Assembly: GCA_963754875.1 (NCBI GenBank)
Contig: CAVWHO010000016.1
Coordinates: 64,001 to 128,000 of the forward strand
DNA length: 64,000 bases
DNA from: Nitrospirota bacterium
Lineage (GTDB): Bacteria; Nitrospirota; UBA9217
Reading direction: 5' to 3'
Shown here: one piece after another, positions 1-8,732 of the stretch
How the letters are laid out: the number at the start of each line of letters is the position of its first letter
Numbering within the stretch: the stretch's first letter is position 1
Notes under the pieces: model-generated
Seen by the model: the letters and a program-made list of their open reading frames with translations, nothing else
Told to the model about the DNA's origin: nothing
Database searches by the model: none
Translations under genes and position numbers: made by a program

Positions 1-72
1 TTCAGGGGACTATGCTACTATGCTGATGAGATGAATGGCCGCACAAAAAATTCCCGGGAGCTCGCAAAACTA

Positions 73-2040
73 TTACGATAGAACCCTGAGATCGTTGGGC
101 TCATGGATCGGTTCAGAACACGCATTTTGGCCGCAGGGTATGACGCGGTCATGATCGTCCCCATAAACGATCGCTGCGTACACTTTCCCCGTGAGAGCCC
201 GGGCAGTGGCGGCAAGGTCGCTCCCCGGCGCCGCTTCAACAGCAAGTTTGAGCATGCGAAACGACGCATCAAGACTGCAAAAGTAGGTGCCTGCATGCAC
301 GCCTATTTCGCGCGCAAAGCCGGCAAAGAGCCTGAGCGACTGCTCGCCGAACTGCCGGTATTCGTCCTTTCCGGTCATGAGGGACAGTTTCAGCAGCAGG
401 AGGATGGCCACGGCGTTTGCCGAGGGATGAGGAGTGTCCTCGATCTTCTTGAGCCTCGTGCCCAGCACCTCCTGTTCCGTGTCGAAGAAGCCGCCGTGAG
501 CGGGATCGAAAAAATTTTTGATGCAGGTTGTCATGAGCTCTTCAGCCAGGAGAAGATAGCGCTGCGCGGCCGTTGCTTCGTAACCGGCAACCAACGCGTC
601 GATGAGGTGAATATAATCATCCAGGCCTGCTGGGATAGTCTCTGCGTGCATCAGGGCGCGGCCGCCGTACCGTTCCTTCAGGATGCGTTCAAGGCTCTTC
701 ACACCGAGGGCCCTGATTTCTTCATCGCCCAGCACGTTAAATGCATGGAAATAGGCGGCAATGAGCATACCGTTCAGGGACGTATAGAGGGTCCGGTCGA
801 TAAAGGGCGTCACACGCTTTGACCTGGCAATGAGCAATTTTTTCTTTCCGCTCACAACGATCCGACGCGCGTCTTCGACGCTCTTCCCGAGACTTTTTGC
901 AATCTCCTCAAGGGGCCGTTCTTCGAAGACGACCTTTTTTGCGGGATCATGATGCATGCTCCCCTTTTCATGCAGTAAATAAACCGACAGTACGCCATAC
1001 TCTTCCGGGCCGAGCGCCGATCTCAAATCTTCATCGGTCCAGGTAAAGTATCCTCCTTCGTCATCCGGCGTTACGTCGGCATCCTGGCTCGCGTAGAATC
1101 CGCCCTGCGGATCGGACAGCACTTCCCGCGTAAAAGTGATAATGTCCATAGCGATGTCGCGAAACCGCTTGTCTCTGAATACTGCGAAAGCATCCGTGTA
1201 ATTTCTGAGGAGCCCCGCATTGTCATCAGCCATCTTTTCGAAGTGCGGTACAATCCACGACTCGTCTGTAGAATACCGATGAAACCCGCCGCCGAGGTGG
1301 TCGTGGAACCCGCCGCGCGCCATGGCATCGAGCATTCCGCGCGCGGCTTTGGCCGCCGCAGGATCGTCCTGTACCCGGGACCTCCGTAGCAGGAACTCGA
1401 GGGCCCCGGGCATGGGGAACTTGGGGGCCGAACCGAACCCGCCGTGTTCCCTGTCAAATTGAGAAAGCAGGGAGCGCTCAGCCTCACTGATCAGCGTCTC
1501 GCTGATCGTAGACGGCTCAAGGGCCTCTGATTTGAGCGCGTCCATCACCCGCCGGGAGAATGCCGCGGCGTCTGCATGTTTGGTTTCGTAGAAATTACTC
1601 ACCGCCGTAAGTACTTTCTTGAACCCCGGCCTTCCCTGTCTGTCCTCGGGCGGGAAATAGGTCCCCCCGTAAAAAGGCTTTTTGTCCGGCATCAGAAACA
1701 CGGAAAGCGGCCATCCGCTTCCGCTCCCCATGGCCGCAACCGCCTGCTGATACCTTCGGTCAATGTCGGGCCGCTCGTCACGGTCCAGTTTGATATTGAT
1801 GAAGAGTTCATTCAGGAGCCGCGCGGTCTCTTCCTCTTCAAAGGACTCTTTCGCCATCACATGGCACCAGTGGCACCATACGGCTCCCGTGCTCAGGAAC
1901 ACGGGTTTGTTCTCCCTGCGTGCGCGCTCGAAGGCCTCTTCGGACCAGGGATACCACTCGATCTTCTGGTTTGCGGCGTGCTTGAGATAGGCCGACTTTT
2001 CATTTGCGAGTCTGTTCATAGCAAAAGACAAATCCGCCAT
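73..2040 (-). CDS. Thioredoxin-domain / six-hairpin glycosidase-like protein (YyaL, DUF255, SPATA20-like)
   Basis: NRLANEKSAYLKHAA, WCHWCHVM, DREERPD-like DRDERPDID, GGFGSAPKFP, VPHFEKM and SQDAD motifs. The true start may be the second Met (MNRL). Confidence 0.9.
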   Translation of the reverse strand: MADLSFAMNRLANEKSAYLKHAANQKIEWYPWSEEAFERARRENKPVFLSTGAVWCHWCHVMAKESFEEEETARLLNELFINIKLDRDERPDIDRRYQQAVAAMGSGSGWPLSVFLMPDKKPFYGGTYFPPEDRQGRPGFKKVLTAVSNFYETKHADAAAFSRRVMDALKSEALEPSTISETLISEAERSLLSQFDREHGGFGSAPKFPMPGALEFLLRRSRVQDDPAAAKAARGMLDAMARGGFHDHLGGGFHRYSTDESWIVPHFEKMADDNAGLLRNYTDAFAVFRDKRFRDIAMDIITFTREVLSDPQGGFYASQDADVTPDDEGGYFTWTDEDLRSALGPEEYGVLSVYLLHEKGSMHHDPAKKVVFEERPLEEIAKSLGKSVEDARRIVVSGKKKLLIARSKRVTPFIDRTLYTSLNGMLIAAYFHAFNVLGDEEIRALGVKSLERILKERYGGRALMHAETIPAGLDDYIHLIDALVAGYEATAAQRYLLLAEELMTTCIKNFFDPAHGGFFDTEQEVLGTRLKKIEDTPHPSANAVAILLLLKLSLMTGKDEYRQFGEQSLRLFAGFAREIGVHAGTYFCSLDASFRMLKLAVEAAPGSDLAATARALTGKVYAAIVYGDDHDRVIPCGQNACSEPIHEPNDLRVLS

Positions 2041-2116
2041 GGAGGTTGGTACTGCGACGCGGAGCTATAATTGTACCCGTGACCGCGGCGCTCTGTGCCT
2101 CTGGCTTTTCTGATTT

Positions 2117-2563
2117 TTAAAACGTCTTCGGGTCTTCCGGCGGGAGAGATGTTTCGTCAAAGGGCATTACGCCAAGCTGGACCATCACGGAATCGATGTC
2201 CCTGACAAGTTGCCGATACTCATATCCCGGCAGTTCTTCGTGCAAGGCCCGTTCGGCTAGACGGTCGAACGCATCGAAATCAAAGGTACCATCGAGCACG
2301 CGCGAACGAACGAGCGCGGCATACAGCGTCCTCTCGTTATTCAGGTCCTCGCCAGGTCGAACATCGAGGCGCACGCGGAGGCCTGGATCTTCAACATAGG
2401 ACCTCATTGCTCCTTCGAGCGCGTCATAAAGCGTCACGACCCCCGCAGCGATTTTACCCTCTCTCAGTCTGCGTTTACCGCCGCGAATGTGGAGCCGCGC
2501 GCGCAGGAACGGCCCTTTCCCGGGTCCGAGTTTTTTTTCGTCCATCAAACCAAAGTGCGGCAT
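2117..2563 (-). CDS. Hypothetical protein (148 aa)
   Basis: ATG preceded by a GAGG RBS; co-oriented with its neighbours; no family recognised. Confidence 0.7.
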   Translation of the reverse strand: MPHFGLMDEKKLGPGKGPFLRARLHIRGGKRRLREGKIAAGVVTLYDALEGAMRSYVEDPGLRVRLDVRPGEDLNNERTLYAALVRSRVLDGTFDFDAFDRLAERALHEELPGYEYRQLVRDIDSVMVQLGVMPFDETSLPPEDPKTF

Positions 2564-2745
2564 AAAAACCTCGCCTCGCTCAGGAAAACGACTCTCTAGG
2601 GGCTGCCTTCTAATCGTCTCTTGTAGCCTGATTAAAGTATAGCACAGGGGAAGGATGCGGACATTATCCGGAAACGGATGGCCCCGCGAACAAAAAGGGA
2701 GGAGAGGAGTGACGATGCTCCTTAAAAATGGAAACAGCGCCTTGG

Positions 2746-4050
2746 TCAGACCGGGGAGGAATAGGCGTAGCCGTTGTTTCTGTTTTCCTTTACGACGTAC
2801 ATTGCAGCATCGGCTTTATTGACGAGCGTTTCCACGTCATCGCCGTCCTGCGGATAAATGCTGATACCGATGCTTGCGCCGATCGTGCACACATGTCCCT
2901 TGAGATGGAAAGGCTCTGAAAGAACGGCAAGGATCTTCTCTGCCACGATACCGGCATCCATTGGCGCCGCGATACGGCCGCAGATGCCGATAAATTCATC
3001 TCCCCCCATACGCGCAACGGTGTCGGCTTTGCGGGTACAGGTGGTCATCCGTTTCCCTGCTTCGACGAGGAGCAGGTCCCCCACTTCGTGGCCGAGCGTA
3101 TCGTTGATCTTCTTGAAGCGGTCCAGGTCCATGTACAGGAGAGCGAGGACATAGTGGTTCCGCTTGGCGAGCGCCAGCAGCTGGTTCATGCGGTCAAAAA
3201 AAAGCGTGCGGTTCGGCAGCCCCGTAAGCGTGTCGTACAACGCGAGCCGCTGAAGCCTTTCTTCCACGATCTTCCGTTCGCTGATGTCCCGGAAAATCTG
3301 CTGGATCGCCGGCCTCCCCTCGTAGGTGAAGAATACTCCCGCGACTTCCACGTTGATCTCCTTGCCGTCGAGGCGGATGAATTTTTGTTCGATCCAGGGC
3401 GCGCAGTTTTTGTTCTGTTCAATGAGTCGCACCCGTTCGGTCGTGATCTGCCGGAAATCAGGATGAACGAAGTCCATGATGTTTGCGCCGATAAGCTGCT
3501 CGGGACCCGCTGCTCCGAGGAAACGCGCGCCAGCAGGGTTCAGAAAAACGAATTTCCCTTCGGCATGCACGGCAATCCCGTCCGGAGAAAGCTCCACGAG
3601 CAAGCGGTAGCGTTCTTCACCTTCCTGTACCGCCGCTTCCATCTGTTTTCGTTCCTGGAGAAGATGCTGCTGGTAAAGTACGCGGTCGATGACCACGGGA
3701 AGCAGCTCGAAGTACTTCATCTCGACGTCTTTGACGATATAGTCCTTGGCCCCGAGCCTGAGCGCTTCGACGGCCACTCCTTCGTTCCCTTGCCCGGTGA
3801 CCATGATCGTCGGAACGACAGTTCCCCGCTCGTTAAGCGCACGGATGACGTCGATGCCGCCGCGAAACGGCATATTGTAATCGACGAGCAGCAAATCGTA
3901 GTGCGTTGCCGCAAGTTTCGCGAGCCCCTCCTCGCCGTCTGCGGCGGTGTCGATGATGTAACCGCGGCGCTGCAGGCTCTTCTGCAAAAGACGGGCGAGC
4001 CCGGGGTCGTCTTCCATATAGAGGATGCGGTTTGCCGTTCTATCAACCAT
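2746..4050 (-). CDS. REC-PAS-GGDEF diguanylate cyclase
   Basis: N-terminal receiver (EDD, D, T, K), PAS domain, YDTLTGLPNR, DLDRFK and RMGGDEF with an RxxD I-site (RKAD). Confidence 0.92.
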   Translation of the reverse strand: MVDRTANRILYMEDDPGLARLLQKSLQRRGYIIDTAADGEEGLAKLAATHYDLLLVDYNMPFRGGIDVIRALNERGTVVPTIMVTGQGNEGVAVEALRLGAKDYIVKDVEMKYFELLPVVIDRVLYQQHLLQERKQMEAAVQEGEERYRLLVELSPDGIAVHAEGKFVFLNPAGARFLGAAGPEQLIGANIMDFVHPDFRQITTERVRLIEQNKNCAPWIEQKFIRLDGKEINVEVAGVFFTYEGRPAIQQIFRDISERKIVEERLQRLALYDTLTGLPNRTLFFDRMNQLLALAKRNHYVLALLYMDLDRFKKINDTLGHEVGDLLLVEAGKRMTTCTRKADTVARMGGDEFIGICGRIAAPMDAGIVAEKILAVLSEPFHLKGHVCTIGASIGISIYPQDGDDVETLVNKADAAMYVVKENRNNGYAYSSPV

Positions 4051-4498
4051 TGCCGTCCCCCCTCGTGGGAATTTTTACAACGGTGAGGAATATCCTGAGC
4101 TTTTTGAGGACATCGGAGAATTGATCGTACACGACCGGTTTGGTGATGTACATGTTGCAGCCGAGGTCATGGCACCGTTCGATCTCCTGCGGGTTGTCGG
4201 TCGTCGTCAAGACCACGACAGGGATGCGCCGTGTGCGCTCGTCTTTTTTGAGCCGTTTAAGCACGGTGTAGCCATCGATCACGGGCAGGTTGAGGTCGAG
4301 GAGAACAAGCATCTGCGGGGGGGCCTGCGGTCTTCCTGAATTTTCCGGGGGAAGCAGGAAATCCAGGGCCGTAGCGCCGTCTCGAATCAACGTGATCGGG
4401 TTGATAAGCCCGGCGCGTCTGAGGTTCTTCTCAATCAGTATCGCGTGGCCAGGATCGTCCTCGATCAGGACAATAGGGACCTCCTCGGATCCATTCAT
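4043..4498 (-). CDS. Single-domain response regulator (Rcp1-like)
   Basis: IEDD, LLDLNLP, VVLTT and YITKPV motifs. Confidence 0.9.
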   Translation of the reverse strand: MNGSEEVPIVLIEDDPGHAILIEKNLRRAGLINPITLIRDGATALDFLLPPENSGRPQAPPQMLVLLDLNLPVIDGYTVLKRLKKDERTRRIPVVVLTTTDNPQEIERCHDLGCNMYITKPVVYDQFSDVLKKLRIFLTVVKIPTRGDGNG

Positions 4499-4522
4499 CT
4501 TTCTCTCTGTCTCCTCAGGATA

Positions 4523-7219
4523 TCAGACCTCTTTTTCGGGCCGCTGTATCGTAAAGCTGAATGTCGTCCCGACGCCAGGCACGGACTCGCACCAGATGCG
4601 GCCTCCCTGGAGCCGCACCAGCGTTTTCACGAACGCGAGCCCCATGCCTTCCCCGGAAACATCCTGTTTCCCGACGCGCCGGAATATCTCAAAGGCTTTA
4701 GGGATGTCCTCTTTCGCCATACCTCTGCCGTTATCCCGGACATGGAAGACCACCTCGTTGCCGTGCTCCTCGGCCGTTACTTCGATCTCACCCGGACGCC
4801 CGGGCTCGAGATATTTTATCGCGTTGTCGAGCAAATTGCCGACGATCTGTTCGAGCGCCGTCTTGTCCGCAATCACTTCCGGAAGGTCCTTTGAGACTAC
4901 GCGGACGTGCCCATTCTCGATCTGGTGGGCGAAGGAATTGAGGATGCTGTGGATCAGTTCCCTCATGCATACGGGTTCCGGATTCAGCTTGCGCCGGCCG
5001 GCGCGGGACAGCTTGAGGATGGAGCTGATGAGATTGTCCATTCTCGTGACCGACGACCGGATAAAAGTGAGGGCCTCGGGAATATCCTGTTGCAAAATGG
5101 GGCCAAGCTTCATTTTCTCAGACGCATCAAGCACCGGAAGGTGCTTCCGGAAGCACGGCTCGATTTCCTGGAGCGACCGGTCAAGCTCCTCGGAGAACCC
5201 TTTGATGTTGACCAGCGGTGCGCGCAGGTCGTGGGACACGATATAAGCAAAGTTCTTGAGCTCTTCATTGATCTCACTCAGCTCTTCAGAGTATTTCTTC
5301 AGTCGTTCCTCCGCCCGCTTGCGCTCGGAGACATCTCGGAAACTCCACACCCTGCCGACGCTCTTGCCTTCCAAACGGTGTGGGATGGAATAGCGTTCGA
5401 AAATGCGTCCGTCCTTGAAGTGCACCTCATCGAAGTCTTCGGCCTCCGGCTTATCGTACAGCTCTTTGACCTTATTAACAAAAGACTCCGGATCCTTTAG
5501 CTGGCTGAGGACGCGCCGAAGGAGCCGATCATCGTCCTTTTGTTCCATGAGATCCGGAGGAATACCCCAAAGCTCCATGAACTTCTTGTTAAAGTCGACA
5601 ACTTTTCCCTGGCCGTTGACGACAAGTATTCCGTCCGCAGTGGATTCCAGCGTGGCCCGCTTTAGAGAGAGTGATTCCGTAAGTCGCTCCTCAGCCTGTT
5701 TGCGCTCGGTGATATCGCTAAAATACCAGACTCTTCCATAGTACTTCCCGTTGGAAGCAAACATCGGCGAGGAATATCGATCAATTACCCTGCCGTCTTT
5801 CAGCAGGATTTCCTCATGACTCTTTTCTTCCTTGTGCGCGTACAGGTACTTGACCCGCGCTATGAAACCTGCCGGATCAGCGGTCTGGCTGGTGACCAGC
5901 TGCAGCACAGGCAGATCATCCTTGGCTGCCGCCATATCAGGCGGAATGTGCATGAGCTCAATAAACCGTTGATTGTACGATATGATAGTAGCGTCTTCAT
6001 GGACCACCAGAATACCGTCGAGGGAGGTTTCCTGCTGGGTGGAGAGGATGAGATTCCTAAATTCCAGCTCGTTCTGGACGCGCCGTCGCTCGGTGATATC
6101 CTGTGCCACGCACACGATGCCCTGGACGCGGCCGTTGTCATCGTGCATGACCGAAGCGGAAAAGAGCACCGGAATTTTTCTCCCGTCCCAGGTTCGATAA
6201 GTCCGCTCACTCGTGCCGGCCGTCTCAGCGGCGAGCATTGCCAGGATATCTGATGTCCTGCCAGGCTCCGTCGCAACGATCGTGTCTATGTGCCGGCCGA
6301 TGAGTTCCGCCTCAGCATAACCCAGCAACGTGCAGGCAGCGGCGTTCAGCCTCATGATCGTACCTTCGGGCGAAACCACGATCAGTGTATCCAGCATGCT
6401 CGCAATGATGTTGTCGACATAATCCCGGGAAACCGTGGTCCTCTTGAGGTCCTCGGTCATCTGATTAAAGCCGTCAACCAGCATCTGCAGTTCCCCCACT
6501 GTCTTGACCGTGACATGAGTGGAAAGATCGCCTTTTGCAACCCGCGCAGCGGCATGACCAAGTTCTATGATCGGATCTAATATTGTCTTTTTTGAAGTAA
6601 TAAACAGCACCCAACCAAGCACTATTGCTACCATAAGATTGAGCGTAACGACAAAGAGTGCTGTTTTCACGATCTGTTTACTGATATTATGCTCCGACAT
6701 GCCGATAGATACTTTGCCCAGAATGTCCGTGCCGATCATGATGGGAACAGAGATCTCTCTGACAGCAACGTGCTTTTTGATGGTTTCGATAATGTCCGAA
6801 AGTTCGCTGTCTCTTGACAACATCGGGAGGATTTCTTTAAGCCCCGGCCACTTAAAGTTAACACTCTCAAATTGGGTGGTAAGAATTTTCCCGTTGTTGT
6901 CCTGGATAATCGTATAGATGATTTCTTCATCGGTAATCAATTCGCTGTAAACAGTACTCAGTTGGGTGCCGCCATTCATGATTAAGGCGTTTTCGTTGCG
7001 TTTGGCTATGTTGGTCGCGAAACTGAGCCCCTTGCTCGTCAAAGCGTTTTCGAGTGTTGTTCCTACATTGAGTGCAATGACAGCGCTCAGCACACAGGTG
7101 CCGACAAAAAGGATGACAGATATGTCCTTTAAGAATTTATATCGGATGCTTTTCTTAAAACCCTTTTTGAACATGCTGCATTTCCCCATGCCGACTATGG
7201 TTTTCGCAGTCGGCTCCAC
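4523..7219 (-). CDS. Membrane sensor histidine kinase (2 TM, HAMP, 3 PAS, HisKA, HATPase)
   Basis: SHDLRAPL H-box, NLLDNAIKY N-box, DNGRG and GMGL motifs. Start codon uncertain; it may be an internal Met. Confidence 0.92.
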   Translation of the reverse strand: MEPTAKTIVGMGKCSMFKKGFKKSIRYKFLKDISVILFVGTCVLSAVIALNVGTTLENALTSKGLSFATNIAKRNENALIMNGGTQLSTVYSELITDEEIIYTIIQDNNGKILTTQFESVNFKWPGLKEILPMLSRDSELSDIIETIKKHVAVREISVPIMIGTDILGKVSIGMSEHNISKQIVKTALFVVTLNLMVAIVLGWVLFITSKKTILDPIIELGHAAARVAKGDLSTHVTVKTVGELQMLVDGFNQMTEDLKRTTVSRDYVDNIIASMLDTLIVVSPEGTIMRLNAAACTLLGYAEAELIGRHIDTIVATEPGRTSDILAMLAAETAGTSERTYRTWDGRKIPVLFSASVMHDDNGRVQGIVCVAQDITERRRVQNELEFRNLILSTQQETSLDGILVVHEDATIISYNQRFIELMHIPPDMAAAKDDLPVLQLVTSQTADPAGFIARVKYLYAHKEEKSHEEILLKDGRVIDRYSSPMFASNGKYYGRVWYFSDITERKQAEERLTESLSLKRATLESTADGILVVNGQGKVVDFNKKFMELWGIPPDLMEQKDDDRLLRRVLSQLKDPESFVNKVKELYDKPEAEDFDEVHFKDGRIFERYSIPHRLEGKSVGRVWSFRDVSERKRAEERLKKYSEELSEINEELKNFAYIVSHDLRAPLVNIKGFSEELDRSLQEIEPCFRKHLPVLDASEKMKLGPILQQDIPEALTFIRSSVTRMDNLISSILKLSRAGRRKLNPEPVCMRELIHSILNSFAHQIENGHVRVVSKDLPEVIADKTALEQIVGNLLDNAIKYLEPGRPGEIEVTAEEHGNEVVFHVRDNGRGMAKEDIPKAFEIFRRVGKQDVSGEGMGLAFVKTLVRLQGGRIWCESVPGVGTTFSFTIQRPEKEV

Positions 7220-7223
7220 ATTG

Positions 7224-8612
7224 CTATTCTATGGTCCTTGTTACTTTTTTCATAAAGTCAGCAGGAATCTGAAACTGGCCGGCGTTTGCCGACCTCATGT
7301 TGAGAATCAAGTCTAATTTTTTCTGAACTCCTATGGGAAGAGAGGATGGCTTTGCGCCGTTCAAAATCATTGCTGCCTTCCTTCCCGCCAGACGACCTAC
7401 GCGATAGGAATTTGCGCATACCCCGAGGAGCGCCCCCTTCTCTGCCAGGTCATCGAGGTGGGTTATGGTGATCACTTTTGCTTTATTCGCTATCGTTGCA
7501 ATTATTGGAGCTGTCTCTCCGACAATACTGCTGCCCGTAAGATAGATTGCATCTGCGGTATGTACGACCTCCGGCAAAATCTGGCCCACTTCCTCTTTGT
7601 TGGTCAAAGGTACCGCGACGATCTTTATTTCAGCACCGGTTTGAAGCCCCTGCAGTTCTTTCAGTTGTGACTCTGAGTTTTTCTCGCCGGGAGTAAAAAG
7701 CACCGCCAGTCTCTTGAACGGCCCAAGTTCCTGCAGCCTTTGCATGAGGACCGACAAGGGGAACCGATTACTGGCACCGGTACTGTTGTTGCCTGAACTC
7801 TTCCAATTCCTGGTTATTCCTGCCTCTACAGGGTCATAAACCATGCTGAAGACTACCGGCACGTCTTTAATCTCTCTCGTGACCGCAGTGGTGGCAAGGG
7901 TGCCTAAGGTAACGATCAAATCCAATTTTGCTGCGGCCAATTTCGACACCTGTTCCGCCGCCCTTACATGACTGCCCTGCGCGTTTTCTATGATGAATGT
8001 TACTGCCGGTTTTTTATAACCGTCTCGCTCAAGCTGGTCCATAATGCCTTTCAGGGACTCGTCGTAACGGGTCTGTTCAAAAGACACAAGGATGCCTATT
8101 CTTTTCTCCGCCCATGGCTGGGCTTCTTTCCCGTATACGCCACAGCCTATCCAGATATTGTCGTCGATTTTTTTCACATAGGTCATTTTTGCTTCGATCT
8201 TCTTTGTTACCGGGTTTGTCCATTTATAGACAGGGGACCAGCCGCTCCCTTTTTTAGATGCAATATCGATATGCCCCCTTATGTTATATCTGCCGTCCGC
8301 ATCCTGCCAGTCAAAGAGATTTTTCCCTACCAGCTTGGGGTTGTCCCCTTGCGCCAGACAAACGCCATGAAAATCGTAGGCGAATATATAAAGGTCCCTG
8401 TCTTTAAACGCGCCTTTCTTTTCAATTCCGGCGCGCGTGATCTCCGCCAGGGTCCTCTCTTTACCGTACTTTTTGAACCAATACGCAGCCTTTTCGACCA
8501 AGGCTTGTGCCTCTTCTTTTGTGCCCTGCTCGCTTTTTTGTTTGGCAAAGACAAAATTCACAGACCCTATCAAGAAAAGACTCGCCACAAGGGCTGCCAG
8601 TATCTTTTTCAT
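7224..8612 (-). CDS. Secreted fusion of a single Cache domain and an ABC_sub_bind-type substrate-binding domain
   Basis: Signal peptide; Cache motifs (DLYIFAYD, GKNL, GSGW, YKW, KMTYV, IGCGVY); then PVVFSMVYDPV, NNSTG and LILNM motifs of ABC_sub_bind proteins. Confidence 0.8.
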   Translation of the reverse strand: MKKILAALVASLFLIGSVNFVFAKQKSEQGTKEEAQALVEKAAYWFKKYGKERTLAEITRAGIEKKGAFKDRDLYIFAYDFHGVCLAQGDNPKLVGKNLFDWQDADGRYNIRGHIDIASKKGSGWSPVYKWTNPVTKKIEAKMTYVKKIDDNIWIGCGVYGKEAQPWAEKRIGILVSFEQTRYDESLKGIMDQLERDGYKKPAVTFIIENAQGSHVRAAEQVSKLAAAKLDLIVTLGTLATTAVTREIKDVPVVFSMVYDPVEAGITRNWKSSGNNSTGASNRFPLSVLMQRLQELGPFKRLAVLFTPGEKNSESQLKELQGLQTGAEIKIVAVPLTNKEEVGQILPEVVHTADAIYLTGSSIVGETAPIIATIANKAKVITITHLDDLAEKGALLGVCANSYRVGRLAGRKAAMILNGAKPSSLPIGVQKKLDLILNMRSANAGQFQIPADFMKKVTRTIE

Positions 8613-8732
8613 CTTCTTGCCACCTTTTTATAAGACATTTTCAAGCACCGCGTCCTGTCTGCTGATCCTTGTTCCTTATCCATAAATCACGCTGAATCTG
8701 CACTGTTCTTTTTCTTCTTCAGGGAGCGTCGA

